IMG/VR virus record: IMGVR_UViG_3300023179_000184
Span: 1 to 44,470 of that record
DNA length: 44,470 nt
Source of the DNA: a virus
Lineage: Duplodnaviria; Caudoviricetes
Strand: one strand, 5' to 3'
The notes below the pieces were generated by a model that saw nothing but the letters and a program-made list of their open reading frames with translations, did not search any database and was not told where the DNA came from. The translations under genes were made by a program, and so were the position numbers. This document shows positions 35,819-44,470 of the stretch, in pieces; positions within the stretch are counted from its first letter, which is position 1, and each line of letters starts with the position of its first letter.

Positions 35819-38800
35819 TGTATCAGAATACTTCGCTAAAAAATTATATTGAACAGTCATCATCAATTAATTTACAATCATTAATCTTAGCAGAATGGAA
35901 TCTGAATTACTCAGATAATATTCTGTTGCTTGGCAACTATAGAAATAGACCAAATATTGCTAGTCCATCACAATCTAACTATGGTATCATTGCACCATCA
36001 TATGACGATACAGATGCATTAGGTGCATACACAAATGCAACAGATTCAAAAGTTCTTATTTATAATGGTTTAAACTCATCTAATAATACCCCAAACATTT
36101 TTGTTAAACAAAGTGAAACAGAAAAAATTCTATATTCTTTAGTTGATTGTGTTGGTAGATTTAGACCACGTTCTGGAATTAACAAACTTCGTTATCAAAA
36201 AGGGGACCAATATTTAAATTTTCCAAACGAAAATATGTATCTACAACCAAGATATTATCTTTCTTCTAAAGATGACAAGTTCAAATATTGGAGTTCATAT
36301 CGTGTAGATGGAACAACTGATGCAATTCAAAGGGGTATTTCAACAACCTTAAAATCAACTGGAGAATACTATATAGATGATGCAGCACCATTTGTTGTCT
36401 ATGACAAACCAGTTCCAGCAAACAGAATAGTTATAAAAATGCAAACACATGCGAGTGACTATAGTTTAGGAACATATAAAATTTCTAATAACACATCATT
36501 GTCAGACCCATTTTATGAAAGTGCAACAAATACAGGTGCATTGATAAATCAAAGAACACCAGAAGATTGGAAGATTCAATATCTAGATAATAATAATACT
36601 TGGCAAGATGCTAAAGTATTTACAAGTTCTTCTTTGCGTTCTACAGGAAAAAGAATCATTGGCTCTGACGGATATGTGGAACTTGCTTTTGGACTTACAA
36701 ATACTTTGCCAACTGGATTTAGAGATTTGGGACAATATCCTTCTCAAGCATCATTGCCAATAAGTTCAAATATTGGTGATGCATATTTAGTGCCAGACCC
36801 AACTAATACTACTGCTGGAACATACTATGTTTGGAATGGAACCAACTGGACAACCAATTCATTTGTTCCAGTTTATGGCTGGTATGTAAAAGAAGAAGAA
36901 GAGACTCTTCAATCATTTAATGTAACCAAACTAACTTCCCCAGATTTTTACGGAACTCCAGCAAATGTATATACAGCAAACTACAGAGAGTTTCAGTTTG
37001 TTAAAGGATTGAGAATTGTTGTTAATACTATGAGCAAACAAAACTCATCTTTTGAACTAATTGAAATGTCTCCAAGACTTGCTGCCAATATTTCAGATAG
37101 GGTAAAGTCTTATTCTGTAACAAAAATTGCATCTGATATTGGAAATACAGGTATTCCAGTTGGACAACTTTCGGCATCAAATGGTGAACTTTCAATATTT
37201 GATTATGACCAATCACTTAATCCATATAATGATTTAACTCTTAATGCTGGATTAATTACAGGAAGTTTAATTTCAGATATATCATCAAAAAATTTACAAA
37301 TTAAATTTTATGAACAAATTATAGATGATAGAACAGCAACAGTTGTTGATTACTTTGTTCCTATAAAAACATACTATTCTGATGGATTTCCATCTATCTC
37401 TAGTGAAGATAGAAATGCAACAATTAGTTTACGAGATTTATATTTTTATTTTGAGTCAATGATTGCACCAAGTTTGCTAATGCAAAATGTAAAACTAAGT
37501 AAAGCAATTGCAACAATACTAGACAATATTGGATACTCAAATTATAAATTTTACAAAACAAGCACAGAATCAGAAGACATTATTCCATATTTTTATGTAG
37601 CACCAGAAACAAATGTAGCAGAAGTTTTAAATAATTTAGCACAATCAACCCAGTCAGCAATGTTCTTTGACGAGTACAATAATTTTATAGTTATGTCAAA
37701 GGACTATATAATGCCATCCGAAAGTGAAAGACCAACAAACATTGAACTATATGGAACAAAAGATTTTAATGATACAGGAGTTTTCAAAAATGCTGCTACT
37801 CAATCAATACTAGCAAATATTATGAAAATATCTTCAGAAAATAACGATGTGTTTAACGATGGCAAAATTATTTATTCCAATAAGTATATTCAAAAATCTT
37901 ATGGAACAATTAAAGAAGCATCTCTTCTAAATAATAATCAGGCATATAAATATAAGCCAGTGCTACTTTGGGAGGTATCTGGAACAGAAACATTAAGACC
38001 AACAAATGAAGAACTTAGTACACAATCAAGTTATGTGTTGGCAGCAATGCCACTTGACGCTACATTATCGGATACAGAACCTAGTGTAAGTTCTGGTGCA
38101 ATAATTAACGACATTATTGATTTTGGTAGGTCAATCTATTGGTTGACAAGATATGAAGGTTACTTCTATTCAAATGGTGAAATTATAAAGTATAAAGGTG
38201 TTGAGCATACCATTCAAACTTCTAGAATAACTGGATTTCAAGCAACACTTGCAACAGGAACGAATGCCATCACTTTGACAAGTGGAAATATTTTTAAACT
38301 ATCAATAGGTCAAAAACTCGTTGAAAGTGGTTCCAATCCTGGTCAATTTGGTGCAGCACCAATTATTACTTCTATAGATACAAAAAACAATAGTTTTACA
38401 ATAACTAATAATCATTCAAGTGCTGGCTTTATTTCATTTTATGTCGAAGAACAAACAAGTAATGTTTGGATACAGAATGTAAATGACTATCAAAAATATT
38501 TTTCACAAGTTGGATTTAATGGCAAAATATTTCCAACTGGTCGTGTAAAGATATATACAGAACCAAAAGTTGATTCTAATGGAAATATTACTGGTATAGC
38601 AAAACATGGTCGTGGTCAATTTGGAACAACAGTAACCAATCATGCAATTCTAGATTCTTCAAATCATTGGCTTCAAGATGAAAACAAGAAATCATTTGAG
38701 ATGCAGTCTTCTTGGATGTTTAAAGATAGTCATCAATACGACCAAGTAAAGTATGTCATCACAGGATGCACAACATCGAATAGTCCAACTGCAACCGTAA

Positions 38801-40632
38801 CACTTACTGGAAATTTAACTACAGAAGACATTGAGGTAGATTGGCTGGTAAGTGGTACAGGAGTTCCAACTGGAACAAAGGTAAAAACTGTAAGTGAAGA
38901 CCAAAAAAGTTTTACACTTACAAAAGGACTTACATCAACAGGCACAAATTTGACAATTACTGTAGTAAATAGAACTTTAGAAACAGTTTCATTAAGTCCA
39001 ATTCTAACCTTATCTGACAAACCAACTACGACAGGTTTAACATCAGACATGTTTGACACTTCTTATTTTACAGAATCACCAAACACAACAACAATTGATA
39101 AAACCAAACCAAATGGTAGCGTTGCTGCATCAGCACTTACAATTACTGGAATACAAAAATCTGATAAAAACTCTAATAATTTTATATCCTATGTTCATAA
39201 ATCATATACAGAACCATTTACAACATTTGGAACAAGAATGAAAATTCTTGGAAAACAAAAAGATAAAAATCTATCTGGAGTAAATCAAATACCGATTGGT
39301 GCAGATGCAATTGATATTATTAAGGACACTATAATTAGTGGTACTGGTGGCGGTATAGCAATAAGATTAGACACAACACAAGACACACATACAGGTTATT
39401 ACTTCGAAATAGATGCATTGACAAATCCAACTATCCTAGAACAAACAACATCTAGACAAGAAATAATATCAATTCCAAATGTTTATTTTTATAAAGTTTT
39501 AAGAGGCGAAACTTCGGAAAAAGCAATTCCTATTACTCTTTGGTATGGCTCTGCACCAATCCTTGTTGACCCTGGATTGTTTGCTGGAATGGGTAAAATT
39601 GTTGGAGAGGCAAATACAACCGTATATGACTTATCGGTAAAGATTGAAGAAATTTCTGAAAAAGTTGTAAAGTTTTATTTATATATAAACAACAAATTGA
39701 TAGCAACAGTTTTAGATGAAGATGCCATAGATGATACAACTAATCATAAAAACTTTGCTCTATTTGTGCGTGGTGCTGGTAAATGTATGTTCGAAAATGT
39801 ATATGCAATTGCGGATAATCCAAAGACACAGTTTGAAACTAAAAATTCTCCACTAAATCAGTTCTTGTCTGTACAAAATTTAACATCAGAATCTTATAGA
39901 AAGTATTTGATTAATCCAGGAGTTATAGAATCATTCTTGACTGGAATAACCACAAGTGGTGCAAACAACAACTCACTATATTATGAAGAGTTTGGAACAA
40001 TTATGCGTGAATGTGCTTACTTCAATGTGAAATATGAAAAAGCATATCCAGCAATATATTCAAAAATATCTCCAACATTTAATGATTTGCAAGGTTATTT
40101 GGTTTCAGGTTTTAGGTCAAATCCATACTCTGCAGAATTTTTGGTATTCAATGTTACTGACTTTGCATTGAATCTCGATGAATCAAGCGGAAACTATTTA
40201 AGAATTCAAGGTATAACATTTACACAACAAGCAGACCACAACTTAACAGTTGATGAATTCCTATCTACTACAAGCAGTTTAAATAACTATAATAGATATT
40301 CAGAAATTAATAACAAATATGTTACTATTCAAAACAGCAGAAACACATATGGTCGTAAAGAGTTTACAATATCTGGAACGTATATTCAAAATATTGATAT
40401 GGCTTCAAACCTTATGAACTGGATGGTCAATAAAATTATGGTGCCCAAAAAGGCGGTATCAGTTGAAATTTTTGCCAATCCAATGATTCAACTTGGAGAC
40501 ATTGTTAAAATTAATTATACTGTTGATAACGTTCAGCAACTTACAAATAATAGATTTGTTGTTTATCATATAGAGTATAATAGAAGTTCGGATGGTCCAT
40601 CTATGACGCTATACTTGGAAGAGGTAATATAA
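35818..40632 (+). CDS. large tail tip / baseplate hub protein
   Basis: Start at ATG 35818 (TAATG overlap). EVLNNLAQSTQSAMFFDEYNNF and ANPMIQLGDIVKI are hub-like motifs, with many inserted beta domains. Confidence 0.7.
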   Translation: MYQNTSLKNYIEQSSSINLQSLILAEWNLNYSDNILLLGNYRNRPNIASPSQSNYGIIAPSYDDTDALGAYTNATDSKVLIYNGLNSSNNTPNIFVKQSETEKILYSLVDCVGRFRPRSGINKLRYQKGDQYLNFPNENMYLQPRYYLSSKDDKFKYWSSYRVDGTTDAIQRGISTTLKSTGEYYIDDAAPFVVYDKPVPANRIVIKMQTHASDYSLGTYKISNNTSLSDPFYESATNTGALINQRTPEDWKIQYLDNNNTWQDAKVFTSSSLRSTGKRIIGSDGYVELAFGLTNTLPTGFRDLGQYPSQASLPISSNIGDAYLVPDPTNTTAGTYYVWNGTNWTTNSFVPVYGWYVKEEEETLQSFNVTKLTSPDFYGTPANVYTANYREFQFVKGLRIVVNTMSKQNSSFELIEMSPRLAANISDRVKSYSVTKIASDIGNTGIPVGQLSASNGELSIFDYDQSLNPYNDLTLNAGLITGSLISDISSKNLQIKFYEQIIDDRTATVVDYFVPIKTYYSDGFPSISSEDRNATISLRDLYFYFESMIAPSLLMQNVKLSKAIATILDNIGYSNYKFYKTSTESEDIIPYFYVAPETNVAEVLNNLAQSTQSAMFFDEYNNFIVMSKDYIMPSESERPTNIELYGTKDFNDTGVFKNAATQSILANIMKISSENNDVFNDGKIIYSNKYIQKSYGTIKEASLLNNNQAYKYKPVLLWEVSGTETLRPTNEELSTQSSYVLAAMPLDATLSDTEPSVSSGAIINDIIDFGRSIYWLTRYEGYFYSNGEIIKYKGVEHTIQTSRITGFQATLATGTNAITLTSGNIFKLSIGQKLVESGSNPGQFGAAPIITSIDTKNNSFTITNNHSSAGFISFYVEEQTSNVWIQNVNDYQKYFSQVGFNGKIFPTGRVKIYTEPKVDSNGNITGIAKHGRGQFGTTVTNHAILDSSNHWLQDENKKSFEMQSSWMFKDSHQYDQVKYVITGCTTSNSPTATVTLTGNLTTEDIEVDWLVSGTGVPTGTKVKTVSEDQKSFTLTKGLTSTGTNLTITVVNRTLETVSLSPILTLSDKPTTTGLTSDMFDTSYFTESPNTTTIDKTKPNGSVAASALTITGIQKSDKNSNNFISYVHKSYTEPFTTFGTRMKILGKQKDKNLSGVNQIPIGADAIDIIKDTIISGTGGGIAIRLDTTQDTHTGYYFEIDALTNPTILEQTTSRQEIISIPNVYFYKVLRGETSEKAIPITLWYGSAPILVDPGLFAGMGKIVGEANTTVYDLSVKIEEISEKVVKFYLYINNKLIATVLDEDAIDDTTNHKNFALFVRGAGKCMFENVYAIADNPKTQFETKNSPLNQFLSVQNLTSESYRKYLINPGVIESFLTGITTSGANNNSLYYEEFGTIMRECAYFNVKYEKAYPAIYSKISPTFNDLQGYLVSGFRSNPYSAEFLVFNVTDFALNLDESSGNYLRIQGITFTQQADHNLTVDEFLSTTSSLNNYNRYSEINNKYVTIQNSRNTYGRKEFTISGTYIQNIDMASNLMNWMVNKIMVPKKAVSVEIFANPMIQLGDIVKINYTVDNVQQLTNNRFVVYHIEYNRSSDGPSMTLYLEEVI

Positions 40633-41102
40633 TGGCAAAACCAAAAATAACTAGAACAAATATAGGATACAACAAAAGGGAACCAGTTAAAATTGCCACA
40701 TCCAATCTATTTATAGAAACAGGGGATGTACCTGTTGACTACATGGTTGGTGCTATTTTTAATGAAATTGGAGGTCAGGAGTTCCTGTCCTATGAACCAG
40801 AAGATTTTTTAACTAGACCAAATACCTTCCCAATACAAAATATTAGCGAAAACATAACTACTTATTCTTCTGCTAATATTCTTTTTCCAACAGACGGTAT
40901 TCTATCTACAACAGCGGACTATATTATAAGTTTAAATAATTACTTAATTTCACCAAGTTTGAAAGATTCATACGATATTCCATTAACGTCTTCAAATTCA
41001 AATATCCGCATATCAAGTGATTATAAGTCTTTGGTAATCCTTGTTGACGATGACGCAGAGGGTTTTGACATAGAAATTGAGTTCTTGACTAGGCAAGTCT
41101 AG
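40632..41102 (+). CDS. hypothetical tail-tip protein
   Basis: TAATG-coupled ORF in the tail module. Confidence 0.7.
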   Translation: MAKPKITRTNIGYNKREPVKIATSNLFIETGDVPVDYMVGAIFNEIGGQEFLSYEPEDFLTRPNTFPIQNISENITTYSSANILFPTDGILSTTADYIISLNNYLISPSLKDSYDIPLTSSNSNIRISSDYKSLVILVDDDAEGFDIEIEFLTRQV

Positions 41103-41105
41103 ATA

Positions 41106-41114
41106 TGTTATAAT
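41106..41114 (+). promoter_or_regulatory. extended -10 promoter TGTTATAAT
   Basis: Motif in the 24-nt gap before ATG 41127. Confidence 0.55.
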
Positions 41115-41126
41115 TAGATAGATATT

Positions 41127-42533
41127 ATGATTACATTAACTGGCAGAGACATTATTTCTAAATACCTTATTGGTCAAACCACATCATTTGCATCTCATAT
41201 TGCTATTGGTTGTGGGGCTACTCCATCAACTACCCTTGGGAACTATGCATCAAAAACAGAACTAGACTTTGAAATGGATAGATTTCCCATAACCTCAAGA
41301 AGTATTGTTGTAGATTCATTAACACTTGCTGCCAACACAGTTCAGGCAACCACAGTAGACGGTCAAAATGTTTTTATTTTTACAATTCCAAGTGGAAATC
41401 AATTTGGTTTTGGTTCAACAATTTATGTAACTGGTGCTGATAATTTTACTAACATGGACCCACCAGTATCAACAAACGCAAATGGCTACTTTACAATTTT
41501 AAACGCATCATCAACAACAATTACAGTATTAGATAGTACTGGTGGTACAGACCCAGATACGCTGTTTGACCAAACTATATCAATTTTTGGGTATGTTCCA
41601 CAAATTGTAATGGTAGCAGAAATACCATCAACAATAACAAATAGATATGGAATAACAGAATTTGGTTTATATCCAAGTGGAACAAACACCTATGCAAATG
41701 GACAAGATAGTTATATTCCTGTAAACTTTACACAAAATGAAAAATGGACCTACCTTGAATACGCATCTCCAACCAATTATAATTTTTCAGATGTTCCATA
41801 TTATTCAGTAATAACAGATGCAACAAATAATATTATAAAAACAGACAAGGCTTTTATTTCAAATGCAGAAAACACATTTTTTAAAGATTCATCAAGAATA
41901 AGTAGAAATGAAGTTCCAAGATTTCAAAGTGATGTTTTATTTCTTGCTGGAGACATGTCAAGATTTTCGGGTGACCTCACACCTGACCCTAACCACCCTA
42001 CATTTACATTAAATTATGTTTCCGTTCCAATTACAATGAATTTAGATGAAAATTCTGAAAACGATGAATTAAGAGTTGCATTTTCACTAATTAATAAAAA
42101 TGCAACGCCATCTACCACACCAGCATCAATAAATATAATGCTCGAATTTGTTAATCAAAATGGTTCTGATTCTGCAAAATATCATTTTAGACTAACAAAT
42201 TTGGATTTAAACAATAGGTATAGTGTTCTTACTTTAAAACTTCAAGATACATCAACATTAACATCAAGAACTCAAAATTTTAATTGGAAAAGCGTTAGAA
42301 CATTAAAAATTTATTCCAGTGTTGAAGATGCAACAAACTATGGTGGTAATGCATTATCGGATTATACAATATGCCTGGATGCATTAAGATTTGAAAATAA
42401 ATCAAATACGAATCCACTATATGGATTAACTGGCTACACCATTGCCAAATCAGATTCTCCTATTGTTAAAGATGCTGGAACAATGAATTTAATAGAATTT
42501 AAATTTGCAACTGGAGTAACAGCATATGTCTAA
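41127..42533 (+). CDS. baseplate/tail fibre-attachment protein, putative
   Basis: MITLTGR...HIAIGCG...L.FE..R...ITEFGLY resembles tail-fibre N-terminal/collar domains. Confidence 0.65.
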   Translation: MITLTGRDIISKYLIGQTTSFASHIAIGCGATPSTTLGNYASKTELDFEMDRFPITSRSIVVDSLTLAANTVQATTVDGQNVFIFTIPSGNQFGFGSTIYVTGADNFTNMDPPVSTNANGYFTILNASSTTITVLDSTGGTDPDTLFDQTISIFGYVPQIVMVAEIPSTITNRYGITEFGLYPSGTNTYANGQDSYIPVNFTQNEKWTYLEYASPTNYNFSDVPYYSVITDATNNIIKTDKAFISNAENTFFKDSSRISRNEVPRFQSDVLFLAGDMSRFSGDLTPDPNHPTFTLNYVSVPITMNLDENSENDELRVAFSLINKNATPSTTPASINIMLEFVNQNGSDSAKYHFRLTNLDLNNRYSVLTLKLQDTSTLTSRTQNFNWKSVRTLKIYSSVEDATNYGGNALSDYTICLDALRFENKSNTNPLYGLTGYTIAKSDSPIVKDAGTMNLIEFKFATGVTAYV

Positions 42534-44470
42534 AGAAATCATAGTCCCAATTAATAAAATTAATAAATTTACAATAACTGATGATAATGAAATTGCTATT
42601 ACTTTTAGATATAGACTGAAAAACAATCAAGATTCTAGTCAAATTTCAGAATGGTCTAGTCCAGCAACACTTAAACTTTTAAAAACAATTTTAGAAACCA
42701 ACTATGATGATGCACCGTCAGTATACAACTATCCAGTTGGTCTACATGGAACTAGCACATTAAATTTAAATGCAACTGATTTTTCGGGTATTTCTTCAAA
42801 AATTCCAACAAGTGAAATAGTCCAATTGACAGCAAACAAGGAAAATGGACAACATTATCCAGAACAGGATGACTATTTGTGTAAATGGGAAAATCCAACT
42901 GATTCAAATGTTAAAAATTTTGATGTATATACTTCTTGGAGCATGTATGCCTTTTTAGCAAAGTGGGCAACAATAAGTGCCCCAGTCCTAAACTCTAGTG
43001 CGTATAGAGGAACGATAACCTTACCAAGTTCAAATACAAATGTGGCATTATCATTTAAAACATATTTGGATAGATTGTCCAATTCTTCAACTGCACTAAT
43101 TTATGCTGCACCTGGTTCTGTAACACCTGGCACCTCATTAGAAACTTCAAATAAAAATGGAAACGGAGTACTTGATGGAACAACTGTAATTTCTAATGCA
43201 GGTACTATCGGTACTGTTTCTGGTTCTGGTCCATACACAGCAACAATTACAGGCATGGATTCTGGTAGTACAGCAAATCTTTTTCCTGGTCAAATAATTA
43301 TTGCTACTGCAGGAACAGGTAAATTTGGTGCAGGAGTAATGACGGTTTCAACCATTGCAAGTTCTACAAGTATTACAGTTTCTTCAACAGCAACATTTAC
43401 TGCTGGAACTGTTACTAATATTGCAGTTAGTGCATACGGTCCAGGAAATGTTTTTGGGGTTCTGTCTGCAGAAACTTGGGGTTCCGCTGGAACAATTACA
43501 AATCTTACAAGAAATCATTTATGGACTCAATATGAATATGCTGGCACATCTCCAGATAACGTATCTCAAATACAGTTTTCAAGAAAAATGAAGTCTTGTA
43601 AATTGACAGCAATAATAACTAAAGATGGTTGCACTATTAAAACAAATGAAAATTTAATAAATTATGGAGTTGTTCCTGGAATGTCATTGGTTAAAATTAG
43701 TGGTGATGGAGAACTTTGTAGTGGAATAATTTCTCAGGTTGATTATGACGAAAACTATATTGTTTTATCAAATTCGCAAGATGCTACAAGTACCATATCT
43801 CAAACTTTTACAATTGGTTCAGTAGACAATATTTCTTCTCCAGAGTTTAAAACAGCAACAATTACATCTGCAACAGCATTCACAAGTAATCTAGAAGTTG
43901 GACAAATCATTACTGGTGCAGGTGGAACTGGAAGTCTTGGTTCTGGTGCTGTCAAAATAATAAACATTAATTCTTCCACATCAATGGATATTCTTTCTAA
44001 ACGTAATTTTACTGCAGGAACACTAACATCAATTTCGTATCCAACTAAGCCAACAACTCTTCACACTGTATCTGGAGATATAGTTTTTGTTGCAAAAAAT
44101 GAATCTGTAACATCCAATACAAATCACAACGGTACAATTGAAACTGGTATTCCAATAACACAATACCAACTAAAGCCAGTATTTGTTCAGGCTATCATAC
44201 TAGCAGCAAATGATGAGCAATCAGATATTTTAAGTACTTTAAATAATAATACATTATGGAGTATAACAAAAACAAAAGCAACATATTTTGATGCATATGC
44301 AACCATGGATTCATACGACACAACATTACCATTTTCATTAAATCTAACTAGCATGAGTTTGCCATATTCTAGTAGTGATAGAAATATTGGATTAAGAATT
44401 TATGGAGAAAAGTCTTCTGGTCTTATTTTGCCACCAACAACAACGATTGTTGATTACATAAGCAGAACAT
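42526..44470 (+). CDS. tail fibre/structural protein, partial (runs off right edge): MSKEIIVPINKINKF...
   Basis: Absent from the ORF track because there is no stop in the window. ATG 42526 overlaps the end of the previous gene; no stop seen in the parts of this frame read through to 44470; FRYRL...SEWS (FN3-like) and Thr/Gly-rich beta modules. Confidence 0.8.
   Translation, partial: MSKEIIVPINKINKFTITDDNEIAITFRYRLKNNQDSSQISEWSSPATLKLLKTILETNYDDAPSVYNYPVGLHGTSTLNLNATDFSGISSKIPTSEIVQLTANKENGQHYPEQDDYLCKWENPTDSNVKNFDVYTSWSMYAFLAKWATISAPVLNSSAYRGTITLPSSNTNVALSFKTYLDRLSNSSTALIYAAPGSVTPGTSLETSNKNGNGVLDGTTVISNAGTIGTVSGSGPYTATITGMDSGSTANLFPGQIIIATAGTGKFGAGVMTVSTIASSTSITVSSTATFTAGTVTNIAVSAYGPGNVFGVLSAETWGSAGTITNLTRNHLWTQYEYAGTSPDNVSQIQFSRKMKSCKLTAIITKDGCTIKTNENLINYGVVPGMSLVKISGDGELCSGIISQVDYDENYIVLSNSQDATSTISQTFTIGSVDNISSPEFKTATITSATAFTSNLEVGQIITGAGGTGSLGSGAVKIININSSTSMDILSKRNFTAGTLTSISYPTKPTTLHTVSGDIVFVAKNESVTSNTNHNGTIETGIPITQYQLKPVFVQAIILAANDEQSDILSTLNNNTLWSITKTKATYFDAYATMDSYDTTLPFSLNLTSMSLPYSSSDRNIGLRIYGEKSSGLILPPTTTIVDYISRT

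Noticed and set aside
1319-43591. Numerous short antisense or alternate-frame ORFs inside long genes (e.g. 4160-5686, 14991-15689, 23021-23551, 27695-28063)
   Set aside because: These are shadow ORFs from codon bias of the sense gene; no start signals or recognisable motifs.
1-44470. tRNA genes, integrase/att sites, stop-codon reassignment
   Set aside because: No cloverleaf or recombinase was seen, and TAA, TAG and TGA all terminate well-supported genes with dense coding under the standard code.

Overview
The window is a contiguous piece of an AT-rich tailed dsDNA phage genome with a siphovirus-type morphogenesis module. Many genes appear leaderless, which suggests an actinobacterial host (inference). 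From left to right: a few small leftward genes (<1.05 kb), a strand switch, a holin-like membrane protein, small virion/fibre proteins, a GT2-TPR glycosyltransferase, a long Thr/Gly-rich fibre, an antisense lipoprotein NlpC/P60 peptidase, a class II (B12) ribonucleotide reductase and a LamG-like virion protein. These are followed by portal, prohead protease/scaffold, major capsid, neck proteins, tail tube, two paralogous tail chaperones, a 4314-aa tape measure protein (TMP) and tail-tip genes running off the right edge. The standout feature is the TMP. About half of it (aa ~668-2790, nt ~24270-30640) is an in-frame array of about ten unrelated cargo modules: a HipA/PI3-4K-like kinase, two kinds of ADP-ribosyltransferase-like domain, a PseT-like HAD phosphatase, two Zn-finger modules and several unknowns. 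The modules are separated by a conserved [LFY]AxGG(IIPGYAxG) linker that is also a DNA direct repeat, and the array is bracketed by two copies of a GD..PA.LSPGE.VIP module. This looks like a swappable effector polyprotein delivered with the TMP. Other notable points: G and GT tail chaperones appear to be encoded as duplicated genes rather than by frameshift; a recurring TGnTATAAT promoter gives leaderless mRNAs; and there is a candidate ~55-nt hairpin sRNA with an anti-Shine-Dalgarno-like loop. All family calls are from motif recognition by eye; no searches were run.
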